Source of the DNA: a virus | Lineage: Duplodnaviria > Caudoviricetes | IMG/VR virus record: IMGVR_UViG_3300037424_000408 | Coordinates: 1 to 46,957 of that record | Length of the DNA: 46,957 nt | Strand: one strand, 5' to 3' | Shown here: piece after piece, positions 1 to 7,663 of the stretch | Numbering within the stretch: position 1 is the first letter of the stretch | How the letters are laid out: every line of letters begins with the position of its first letter | Program-made: the position numbers and the translations under genes | The notes under the pieces: generated by a model | The model's input: the letters and a program-made list of their open reading frames with translations, nothing else | The model's database searches: none | Told to the model about the DNA's origin: nothing

Positions 1-169
1 ATTTTTTACGCCTCTTCTGGGAATTTTCCTCCACTATTTTCATTATCATTTGCCTTGCAAGGCGAGACGGTTTATATCTTCCAGAGCGCCAATTATTTAT
101 GGATTGGATGGGGAAACCCATGTCCAGTAAGGCTTGGCGAGTTTTCCGGGAAATGTAGAGTTTAGGCAT
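1..169 (-). CDS. small Cro/XRE-like HTH regulator (runs off the left edge; absent from the ORF track)
   Basis: Manual translation from ATG169 (or in-frame ATG178): MPKLYISRKTRQALLDMGFPIQSINNWRSGRYKPSRLARQMIMKIVEENSQKRRKK; the 'SINNWRSGRYKPS' segment fits an HTH recognition helix; divergent from the early operon. Confidence 0.6.
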   Translation of the reverse strand, partial: MPKLYISRKTRQALLDMGFPIQSINNWRSGRYKPSRLARQMIMKIVEENSQKRRKK

Positions 170-176
170 GGGAACC

Positions 177-204
177 ATCCTACAAGATTTTTCTCCCATG
201 TCAA
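177..204 (-). promoter_or_regulatory. leftward sigma70-type promoter
   Basis: TTGACA (204-199), 16-nt spacer, TAGGAT (182-177); predicted start site falls at or near ATG169. Confidence 0.45.
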
Positions 205-214
205 GAAAAATATA

Positions 215-243
215 TTGACAACCTTTTCAGGATGGAATAGCGT
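215..243 (+). promoter_or_regulatory. rightward sigma70-type early promoter
   Basis: TTGACA (215-220), 17-nt spacer, TAGCGT (238-243), upstream of the + strand operon. Confidence 0.6.
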
Positions 244-301
244 ATCCCCTCATGATCGCCAAAGGCTCACAACCATAAGGGCCACGGCGAACGGAGGAAG
301 C

Positions 302-754
302 ATGAGCTTGAAGGAATTGCTGGGCCGAAGGGACGTTCTCAACAAGAAGGCGGCGGGAATTCAGGAGTCCATCAAACCATTGCTGGATGCCGTCGGCGAA
401 CAGCTGACGGAAGTGGAGAAGGAGATCACGGCTCTTCTCTCCGCGGATCTGATCGCCATCCGGAAACTGCAGGAGAAAGAATTCGGCGCCGTGCACATCA
501 CCCGGGACGGGTTCCGCGTGACGGAAACGATCGCCAAGAAAGTCCGCTGGGACCAAGAACAGCTGTTCGGCGTGTTCCACAAGATTCAGTCCACCGGCGA
601 CAACCCTTTCGAGTGGATGAAGGCCGAATTCAAGGTCGGCGAGAAGGAATACGGCGCCTACCCGAAGAACATCCAGGCCGTATTCGCGCCGGCGCGCACC
701 GTCACCCCGAGCGAACCGAAACTGGAATTCAAATCGGTGGAGGCGCCCGAATGA
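302..754 (+). CDS. hypothetical phage protein (N-terminal coiled coil)
   Basis: GGAGG RBS before ATG302; stop overlaps the next ATG (ATGA). Confidence 0.75.
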   Translation: MSLKELLGRRDVLNKKAAGIQESIKPLLDAVGEQLTEVEKEITALLSADLIAIRKLQEKEFGAVHITRDGFRVTETIAKKVRWDQEQLFGVFHKIQSTGDNPFEWMKAEFKVGEKEYGAYPKNIQAVFAPARTVTPSEPKLEFKSVEAPE

Positions 755-1386
755 AACTCTTCGAGATCAAGCACCGCATCAGCGGGAGCGTCCTGTTCTC
801 CCTCGAGACGGAGACCTTGAAGCTCACCCTCGAGGCGGCCGTGAAGACGGGCGCGGACCTGACGGGCGCGGACCTGACGGGCGCGTACCTGAGGGGCGCG
901 GACCTGACGGGCGCGGACCTGACGGGCGCGTACCTGAGGGGCGTGGACCTGAGGGGCGCGGACCTGACGGGCGCGTACCTGACGGGCGCGTACCTGACGG
1001 GCGCGGACCTGACGGGCGCGGACCTGAGGGGCGCGTACCTGAGGGGCGCGGACCTGACGGGCGCGGACCTGACGGGCGCGGACCTGACGGGCGCGTACCT
1101 GAGGGGCGCGGACCTGACGGGCGCCAAGAACTACGTCGACAACCACGACTGCTTCCTCGCGCTGATCTACCAGCAGAAGATCAAGGTGTTCACCGAGGCC
1201 GAGTGGGCCATGATCGGCCAGATCGCGGTGCACCGCCACTGTTGGGACGCGATCAAGGAGCGCCACGGGCTGCCCTTCCTGCGGATCCTCGAGGTCTTGG
1301 AGATGGCGGGGTTCGGGGAGTACGCCGTGAGGTACCGGGAGGTCCTCGGGATGGAGCCCAAGGAAAAGGAGACGCCAGATGCTTGA
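751..1386 (+). CDS. pentapeptide repeat protein
   Basis: 18 consecutive [TR]G[AV][DY]L units; ATGA-coupled start. Confidence 0.9.
   Translation: MKLFEIKHRISGSVLFSLETETLKLTLEAAVKTGADLTGADLTGAYLRGADLTGADLTGAYLRGVDLRGADLTGAYLTGAYLTGADLTGADLRGAYLRGADLTGADLTGADLTGAYLRGADLTGAKNYVDNHDCFLALIYQQKIKVFTEAEWAMIGQIAVHRHCWDAIKERHGLPFLRILEVLEMAGFGEYAVRYREVLGMEPKEKETPDA
847..1124 (+). repeat. 15-bp tandem repeat (18 full units plus a partial unit)
   Basis: Unit A(C/G)GGGCGCG(G/T)ACCTG, with one GTG variant. Confidence 0.95.
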
Positions 1387-2176
1387 CCAAATCCGAAAGG
1401 CGAATGCTTTCGTGCCTCCACAAAAGATCGTTGTGATCGGTGTCCAGGGCATCGGCAAAACAACCTTCGGCGCCACGTTCCCGGATCCGATCCTCTTGCG
1501 AACCGAGGACGGCGCCCACGCGATCGACGTAAACACCTTCCCGGACCTGGCAACGTCCTACCAAGCGATCGTCGACGCGATCACCGCGCTTCACGGCGAT
1601 CACCTGTACAAAACCCTCGTCGTGGATTCGCTGGACTGGCTCGAGCCTCTGATTTGGGAGATCACCTGTCAGGCAAACGAGAAGCCGTCCATCGAGTCTT
1701 TCGGCTACGGCAAGGGGTACACCGAGGCCGACAAATACTGGCGGGTCGTCATGGGAGGATTTGATTCCCTGCGCGCCAATAAGGGAATGCACGTCGTTCT
1801 CCTGGCGCATTCCGAAGTGAAAACCGTAACGCCCCCGGACAGCGATCAATACGATCGCTATCAGATGCGCCTCCACAAGCGCGCGCTGGGCCTGTGGTCC
1901 GAATGGGCAGACGTTGTAACGTTCCTGACCTACAAAATCTCCATCAAGAAAGAGAGTAAAGGGTTTGGATCCGATCGGGCACGGGCCCAGGGATCCGGTG
2001 ATCGGGTGATCTACACCACGGAGCGGCCGGCATGGGACGCGAAGAACCGATGGGGATTGCCGGACGAGATTTTCATCGGGAAGGATGAAACATACGGAGC
2101 CTTTCACACCGCACTCGAAACCGCCACCAAGGGCGGCTATGTGAAGCCAGAGAAAGGCGACAAGAAGGCGTCATGA
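1379..2176 (+). CDS. AAA_24/Sak4-like ATPase (single-strand annealing recombinase family)
   Basis: Walker A GVQGIGKT, Walker B TLVVDSLD, GYGKGY and AKNR motifs; followed by an SSB-like gene. Confidence 0.85.
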   Translation: MLDQIRKANAFVPPQKIVVIGVQGIGKTTFGATFPDPILLRTEDGAHAIDVNTFPDLATSYQAIVDAITALHGDHLYKTLVVDSLDWLEPLIWEITCQANEKPSIESFGYGKGYTEADKYWRVVMGGFDSLRANKGMHVVLLAHSEVKTVTPPDSDQYDRYQMRLHKRALGLWSEWADVVTFLTYKISIKKESKGFGSDRARAQGSGDRVIYTTERPAWDAKNRWGLPDEIFIGKDETYGAFHTALETATKGGYVKPEKGDKKAS

Positions 2177-2691
2177 CGAAAGAAGAAAAAAAGGCATATC
2201 AGGCGGCGTATTACATGGCGAACAAAGAAAGACTTGGCGCCAAGAATGCCGCATGGCATAAGGCCAACTCGAAGAAAGTCCGCGCCAGAAACGCCGCATG
2301 GCAAAAAGCCAATCCGGAAAAGGTCCGCGCCAATTATTCCGCGTGGCGAAAGGCTAATCCGGAGAAAGCCAGCGCCGCGATTGCAGCATGGCATAAGGCT
2401 AATCCAGAAAAATCTCGCGCCATCGTTGCTAACAGGCGCGCAAGGATTAAGGGTGCCGAAGGGCGACATGCCGCCGAAGAAGTAAAAAAACTCCTGGCTC
2501 GTCAGAAATACCGTTGTGCGGCTTGTAAGAAGAGCGTCGAGGACGGATACCACGAAGACCACATCATTCCCCTGTTGCGTGGCGGGTCGAACTGCATTCG
2601 GAATATCCAGCTTTTATGCCCCACATGTAATTGCAAGAAAGGGTCAAAGCACCCGATCAAATTCATGCAAGAGATGGGCTACCTACTCTAA
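2173..2691 (+). CDS. HNH endonuclease (copy 1)
   Basis: CAAC...HEDHIIPLLRGGSN...NIQLLCPTCNCKK; N-terminal AW(H/Q/R)KANPEK repeats. Confidence 0.9.
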   Translation: MTKEEKKAYQAAYYMANKERLGAKNAAWHKANSKKVRARNAAWQKANPEKVRANYSAWRKANPEKASAAIAAWHKANPEKSRAIVANRRARIKGAEGRHAAEEVKKLLARQKYRCAACKKSVEDGYHEDHIIPLLRGGSNCIRNIQLLCPTCNCKKGSKHPIKFMQEMGYLL

Positions 2692-2704
2692 GGAGGAAGA
2701 AGAA

Positions 2705-3409
2705 ATGGCAATCGACTTAAATGATGCCCCGGAGCAAGGAAGTGGAGCAGGTCCAATCCCCGAGGATTCGGTTGTGATGGTAACAGCTCAAATCCGACCC
2801 CCGAAGGCAGGAAAGGAGGGTGGGGTCCATCCGTTGTTCTGCGTGGCATCTTCGGGGTACGAATACCTGGATTTTGAATTCACCGCCGTCAACGGTCGTA
2901 AAATGTGGCAAAACTTTATGCTTCATTTCACCAAGGCGCCGACCGACAAAAGCAACATGGCGATATCGATCTCGATGCGCACCCTACGTGCGATGGTAGA
3001 GGCCACGCGGAAGATCGGCCCCAAAGACACCTCCCCCGAGGCGACCAAGGCGAGAATCATCAATGATTTTTCCGATCTAAATGGAATGATGTTTCCCGTT
3101 GTTGTTGGCGTCGAGTGGGGCCAGCAAAACCAAGGCGGAAAGCGATTTCTGAACAATACCATCAAGAAGATCGTCACCCCGGATGATCCTCGGTACGAGA
3201 AGGTCTGGTCGACGGACCAGGGGATACTCCTGTCCGACAAGCCCCTTCCTCCGGAGCCGGAAGCTGGCACCCCCGCGGGAGGTCCGAAGCCAGCATGGGT
3301 CGATCCAAAGGCTGCGCCGAAGCCGACCGATCCCGCAAAGCCGGCCGAGGCCGCGCAAGGGACGATCCCTGGAGTGAAACAGACGACGAAACCCGCCTGG
3401 GTGAAATAA
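2705..3409 (+). CDS. putative ssDNA-binding protein (DUF669-like)
   Basis: AGGAGG RBS; position after the Sak4-like gene; Pro/Ala-rich tail ending KPAWVK. Confidence 0.6.
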   Translation: MAIDLNDAPEQGSGAGPIPEDSVVMVTAQIRPPKAGKEGGVHPLFCVASSGYEYLDFEFTAVNGRKMWQNFMLHFTKAPTDKSNMAISISMRTLRAMVEATRKIGPKDTSPEATKARIINDFSDLNGMMFPVVVGVEWGQQNQGGKRFLNNTIKKIVTPDDPRYEKVWSTDQGILLSDKPLPPEPEAGTPAGGPKPAWVDPKAAPKPTDPAKPAEAAQGTIPGVKQTTKPAWVK

Positions 3410-3456
3410 AAAAAACCGGGAAGATGTTTAATTTTCGAAAAAAAAAGGAGGCGAAA

Positions 3457-3600
3457 ATGCTACAGGGCCGAGTAGTCGGAAGGCTATCGGACGCTGATTT
3501 CAGGAGTTTCGATCCGAAAGCCCAAGCGCGCCGGTGGATCTTCGGGGCGCTGATCATAGCGGGGATATTGGCGCTTCTGATCGTGAAGGCGGTGTGGTGA
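3457..3600 (+). CDS. small membrane protein
   Basis: AGGAGG RBS; C-terminal hydrophobic helix WIFGALIIAGILALLIV. Confidence 0.55.
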   Translation: MLQGRVVGRLSDADFRSFDPKAQARRWIFGALIIAGILALLIVKAVW

Positions 3601-4148
3601 TGAGCCTTCGAGAAGAAGCGATCAGGCAGCATCAGGCAAAAGAAGTTGGCAGGAAAATAAAGGAGGCCGTGGACAAGAAGGCACGAATCGACAGCGATCT
3701 CGAGGACGCCAGGAGATACATTTGCAAGCGGTTCAGGATCGAAAAGGCGCCGGATTTCAGGCTTGTTCCCTTCTTGAATCGATACCATCCGGATTGCTTT
3801 TTCGAGATCGACGGAATCCAGTTCGAATACATCCCGTCAAACGACAACATGCGCGTCGAGGTTATCTGTGAGAAGTGCCAACACACGGAAATGGTGAATT
3901 TCGGAATTGCCATTTCCGACGAGCCCCCGGATCTTTCCAGGCTGGGGGAAGCGTTGTCGTACATGAGCTCCAATCAACATAATTGCCCCGTCGATCAGCC
4001 GGCTACGCCCCCGAAGCCGGCGCCGGAGCCCCCCAAGGTCGTGACGTACGCGATCGGCTCGGCAGCGTCGAGCAGCGATTACTTGAGGTTCTGGACGAGC
4101 TTGTGTTCGATGCTGTCGATCGGCACCAAAACTAAAAATGTTGCTTGA
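3600..4148 (+). CDS. hypothetical protein (possible -1 frameshift near the 3' end)
   Basis: TGATG coupling; CxxC motif; the alternative frame from ~4061 reads GSVEQRLLEVLDELVFDAVDRHQN*. Confidence 0.6.
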   Translation: MSLREEAIRQHQAKEVGRKIKEAVDKKARIDSDLEDARRYICKRFRIEKAPDFRLVPFLNRYHPDCFFEIDGIQFEYIPSNDNMRVEVICEKCQHTEMVNFGIAISDEPPDLSRLGEALSYMSSNQHNCPVDQPATPPKPAPEPPKVVTYAIGSAASSSDYLRFWTSLCSMLSIGTKTKNVA

Positions 4149-4209
4149 CGAGAAAAGCCTTCGGATGCGCCGGATGGTGGATCGTATCGCAAACATGAAG
4201 GGAGGAAGG

Positions 4210-5052
4210 ATGGGCAAAGGCTGGATCGGCGTCGATCTTGACGGGACATTAGCTCACTACGACGGCTGGAAGGGGCCGGATCACATCGGCGAGCCTGTCT
4301 TGAAAATACTCGAGCGCGTGAAGTTGTGGATGGCCTTCAATAAGTACGAAATCCGGATCTTCACGGCCCGGGCTGGCGTCCCGGAACAAATTCCCCCCGT
4401 CGTGGCTTGGCTTGAAAAGCACGGTATCGGTGGGCTGGCGATCACCAACGTCAAGGATTTCTCCATGGTCGAGCTGTGGGACGATCGCTGCGTCCAGATC
4501 ATTTCGAACCTGGGGATATCCTTCCAAGAACATGCACAAGAAGAAATAAAAACGCTGGAAGCGTGTATCCAGAAATCGATGCCGGCGCGTGGAGAAGGCG
4601 ATCCGATGAGGATCTATGTCGCTTCGAGCTGGCGAAATCCGCATCAACAGGCGGTCGTGCGCGCTCTTCGCTTGGCCGGCCATGACGTCTATGATTTTCG
4701 CAACCCTTCCCCTGGAAACAGGGGGTTTGCTTGGTCTGATATCGATCCGGATTGGCTGAATTGGAGCCCGGAGAAATTCCGGGACGCGCTCAAGGATCAA
4801 ATCGCAATCGATGGCTTCACCTTCGATATGGACGCGCTCGAGAACTGTCATGCCTGTATTCTCGTCCTTCCCTGTGGCCGTAGCGCGCATCTTGAGCTGG
4901 GATGGGCTGCAGGGGCAGGGAAGCACACAGGAATTCTTATCTTGGATCCCAACGAACCGGAATTGATGTACCGGATGCTCGATGGGATTTTCACCAGTAT
5001 TCCGGAAATGCTGGAGGCAATCGGCCGAAGGGCCACAAGGGAGAAAATATGA
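4210..5052 (+). CDS. HAD-family hydrolase domain in frame with a nucleoside 2-deoxyribosyltransferase-like domain
   Basis: N-terminal WIGVDLDGTL (HAD motif I), FTAR, LWDDR; from ATG4606 (own RBS) MRIYVASSWRN...FDMDAL...GRSAHLELGWA, an NDT/Rcl-like pattern. Confidence 0.75.
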   Translation: MGKGWIGVDLDGTLAHYDGWKGPDHIGEPVLKILERVKLWMAFNKYEIRIFTARAGVPEQIPPVVAWLEKHGIGGLAITNVKDFSMVELWDDRCVQIISNLGISFQEHAQEEIKTLEACIQKSMPARGEGDPMRIYVASSWRNPHQQAVVRALRLAGHDVYDFRNPSPGNRGFAWSDIDPDWLNWSPEKFRDALKDQIAIDGFTFDMDALENCHACILVLPCGRSAHLELGWAAGAGKHTGILILDPNEPELMYRMLDGIFTSIPEMLEAIGRRATREKI

Positions 5053-5408
5053 TCACCAGGATCACAAGATCCCTGATGGTGTCGTTGACGGAGAACGAGA
5101 TCCGGTCCTGCGCAACGGAGCTGGCGCGCGTTACCGCCTCGCAAGCAGAGCTCGAGGACGAGAAGAAGGCCACGGTGTCCGGCTTCAAGAACCGGATCGA
5201 TCGCTGCGTAGCCGACTGTCGAGCTCTCGCGCAGAAAGTCACCACCAAGCGGGAGCTCCGGGACATTGATTGCGAATGGAGCCCCACCGACGGCGGGAAG
5301 ATGATCCTCACGCGCACGGACACCGGCGAAATCATCGACACCCGGAAGATGACGGAGGAAGAGCACCAGCAGAGCCTTCCGCTGGCGGGAGGGGGAAAGA
5401 AGAAATAA
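5049..5408 (+). CDS. hypothetical phage protein
   Basis: ATGA-coupled start; coiled-coil N-terminus; C-terminal RTDTGEIIDTRKMT. Confidence 0.75.
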   Translation: MITRITRSLMVSLTENEIRSCATELARVTASQAELEDEKKATVSGFKNRIDRCVADCRALAQKVTTKRELRDIDCEWSPTDGGKMILTRTDTGEIIDTRKMTEEEHQQSLPLAGGGKKK

Positions 5409-5926
5409 TGACGAAGGAAGAAAAGAAAGAATACGACGTGGCGTATCGTAAAGCCAACTTGGATAAAATCCGGGAGTACAACGCCGCGTACTACAGGTCC
5501 CATCCCAAGGACGGGCGCGCTTACAGTGCTGCACGATATTGGGAGAACCCAGAGAAAGGTCGCGCTGTTGTGGCGGCTTATCGCAAGGCCCATCCCGACC
5601 GGATCCGCACGACCATGGCAGCATGGCAGAAAGCCCATCCTACCGAGGTGGCAGTACACAATGCTAAACGCCGTGCAAGAATACGCGGCGTCGAAGGGAA
5701 ATACACCGCCGCAGAGGTTAAGCAATTGCTGGCCCGCCAGAAGTGCCTGTGCGCTGCTTGCAAGACGAGCATAGAATCTGGCTATCACCGAGATCATGTC
5801 GTTCCGCTGGCATTAGGGGGATCAAATTTCATCAGGAATATTCAACTGCTTTGTCCAACTTGCAACCGGAAAAAACATGATAAGCACCCGATCAAATTCA
5901 TGCAGGAGATGGGCTATCTAATTTGA
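5408..5926 (+). CDS. HNH endonuclease (copy 2, paralog of 2173-2691)
   Basis: Same length (519 bp); starts MTKEEKK, ends HPIKFMQEMGYLI; CAAC...HRDHVVPLALGGSN...CPTCN. Confidence 0.9.
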   Translation: MTKEEKKEYDVAYRKANLDKIREYNAAYYRSHPKDGRAYSAARYWENPEKGRAVVAAYRKAHPDRIRTTMAAWQKAHPTEVAVHNAKRRARIRGVEGKYTAAEVKQLLARQKCLCAACKTSIESGYHRDHVVPLALGGSNFIRNIQLLCPTCNRKKHDKHPIKFMQEMGYLI

Positions 5927-5937
5927 AGGAGGAAGCG

Positions 5938-6120
5938 ATGCCGGAGCGAATTTACGTAGTAAAGAAGGAGAATGGTTTTACTGTCGTCGGAGAGTTTGGC
6001 GATGCCAACACCCCCGACAAGGAGATCGTCGTCGAGGGGTCGGACCCGAAGAAGCTCGGCGCGGCAGTTCTGGCGATGTTCAAGGTCCCCAGGAAACCCC
6101 GGGCGAAAAAGGAGGCGTAG
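5938..6120 (+). CDS. small hypothetical protein
   Basis: AGGAGG RBS; basic C-terminus. Confidence 0.65.
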   Translation: MPERIYVVKKENGFTVVGEFGDANTPDKEIVVEGSDPKKLGAAVLAMFKVPRKPRAKKEA

Positions 6121-6129
6121 GATGCCCCT

Positions 6130-6213
6130 GCCCCCGGAGGAATCCACTTGCAGGAGGATTGGGTCGGACAATAGCCTTGTGGTGAGGCGCGACACTTACC
6201 TCCGGGGGCTTTT
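6130..6213 (+). ncRNA. candidate structured RNA (multi-branch) followed by a U-tract
   Basis: 11-bp closing stem GCCCCCGGAGG (6130-6140)/CCTCCGGGGGC (6199-6209) enclosing AATCC/GGATT, GTCG/CGAC and GCCT/AGGC stems. Confidence 0.4.
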
Positions 6214-6216
6214 ATC

Positions 6217-6408
6217 ATGAAACCATCCGTCGCATTCGTCGGTCGCATCCATGGGCCGACCCTGTGCTCGTGCGGCAATGAGATGGGCATCGTCGCCGCC
6301 GAGAATCCAACGTACACATGCACGAACAAGGCGTGTGAACGCTACAAGAAGGTGTACGCGGCGATCGAGATGCGCGGGGTCATATTCTACGAGATCCCAA
6401 AGAAGTGA
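6217..6408 (+). CDS. small Cys-rich (zinc-ribbon-like) protein
   Basis: CSCG...CTNKAC. Confidence 0.55.
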   Translation: MKPSVAFVGRIHGPTLCSCGNEMGIVAAENPTYTCTNKACERYKKVYAAIEMRGVIFYEIPKK

Positions 6409-6584
6409 AGAAGCGCACGCGGTCAAAATACTTTTACGTCCGCGTGTCCGACAAGGACTTCGCCACGATCAAAGAGCACGCGCACAAATCGAAGGTTTCG
6501 GTCGCCGAGTACATCAGGGACGCCATTCAAGTGTCGGTAGAAGTGGACGACGAAATGGGATACGGGGAGGAGAACAGAAAGTGA
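6405..6584 (+). CDS. ribbon-helix-helix (CopG/MobC-like) DNA-binding protein (absent from the ORF track)
   Basis: GTG start coupled to the previous stop; MKKRTRSKYFYVRVSDKDFATIKEHAHKSKVSVAEYIRDAI... fits a beta-strand plus two helices. Confidence 0.7.
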   Translation: MKKRTRSKYFYVRVSDKDFATIKEHAHKSKVSVAEYIRDAIQVSVEVDDEMGYGEENRK

Positions 6585-6823
6585 TCGCGATACCAGGCCA
6601 GATCATCTTCTCCGCGCATCATGCCGATCTCGTCTACGATGACGAGACGCACATCTACCGCCTCAAGAGCGGCGAGGTACTTTCGAGCGTGACGGGTATC
6701 CTCAAGGCCGAGGGCATCCAGACCTACGGCCCGCCCACTCTGCCGCCGACTTCGCCATGCAGGTCGGCACATGGGTCCACCTGGCGAGTTCGCGCCCGCG
6801 CGGGCGCGTGGATTGAAACATGA
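6581..6823 (+). pseudogene. truncated PD-(D/E)XK/Cas4-like phage exonuclease N-terminus
   Basis: YDDETHIYRLKSGEVLSSVTGIL, then after a -1 shift at ~6730 AHSAADFAMQVGTWVHLA (GTxVH motif); ends inside the CRISPR repeat. Confidence 0.6.
6788..6819 (+). CRISPR. solitary type I-C-like CRISPR repeat, copy 1
   Basis: GTTCGCGCCCGCGCGGGCGCGTGGATTGAAAC: 32 nt, GC hairpin plus the 11-nt TGGATTGAAAC tail typical of I-C repeats; no second repeat at spacer distance. Confidence 0.85.
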
Positions 6824-6889
6824 GTGGGGCCGCACCCTCGCTTTTGAAGCCCCTGCACATTTTCTTTTCTACCTTGGAGCATCCCATAA

Positions 6890-7663
6890 ATGCCCACCGT
6901 TGACATACGCATAGACGCCGGCATCACCGGCAAGGGCAAAACGCGCCGCCTCATACGACTCATCGGCGACCATGGATTTGCCTGCCTGTTCCGCCTGTGG
7001 TTCCACGCCGCGCACTACTTTACGAAGGGCGTCCTCAAAGGGATGACGAACGACGACATCGAGGAGGTCGCCGGCTGGAAGGGCGACCCCGGCGTGTTCG
7101 TCTCGACGCTCATCGACGAGGCATGGCTCGACAAACTGGACGGGACCGGGGAACTTACGATCCACCAATGGAAGGATCATCAACCCTGGATTTACTTCTC
7201 CGAGGAGCGATCCGCCGTCGCCCGCGACAAGGCCCTACGGCGATGGGCGAAGACGCGAGGGCTGAAGGCGTCGGCGGCAGAGGAGAAGACCGCAGGGGAC
7301 TTGGCCGCAGCCGCCACGCCGAAGAAGGCGAAGAATCCCTCGCTCGAAGACATCCTCCCCGTGAAGGAGATCATCGACTACCTCAACGCCAAGTCGGGGA
7401 AGAATTTCTCGTCCGCTTCGCGCACGACGAAGGGGCACATCGCGGCCAGGTGGAAGGACGGATTTGGCCTGGAGGACTTCAAGAAGGTGATCGACCACCA
7501 ATGCGCGAAGTGGAAGGGCGATCCGAAGATGGAGGAATATCTCCGTCCGCAGACCCTCTTCAACGGCGAGAAATTCGAATCGTATCTGAACGCGCCGCCG
7601 CCGGGCGAGGGCGTGACGCGAGGGACGGATACCGCGGGAAGGACGCTGGAGGAGTTGACATGA
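6890..7663 (+). CDS. phage replication initiator-like protein (conserved phage C-terminal domain)
   Basis: C-terminal IIDYLNAKSGKNF...EEYLRPQTLFNGEKFESYLN; N-terminal winged-helix-like region. Confidence 0.75.
   Translation: MPTVDIRIDAGITGKGKTRRLIRLIGDHGFACLFRLWFHAAHYFTKGVLKGMTNDDIEEVAGWKGDPGVFVSTLIDEAWLDKLDGTGELTIHQWKDHQPWIYFSEERSAVARDKALRRWAKTRGLKASAAEEKTAGDLAAAATPKKAKNPSLEDILPVKEIIDYLNAKSGKNFSSASRTTKGHIAARWKDGFGLEDFKKVIDHQCAKWKGDPKMEEYLRPQTLFNGEKFESYLNAPPPGEGVTRGTDTAGRTLEELT

Noticed and set aside
658-1536. Antisense ORFs with QVRAR/SAPVR repeats
   Set aside because: Shadow frames of the 15-bp pentapeptide array
6130-6213. tRNA or hammerhead ribozyme
   Set aside because: No T-loop GTTCRA, no anticodon arm geometry, and no CTGATGA/GAAA core
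6997-7659. N-terminal extension of the 533-aa MTase ORF
   Set aside because: Overlaps the replication gene; the real start is ATG7660, with an RBS and motif I immediately after
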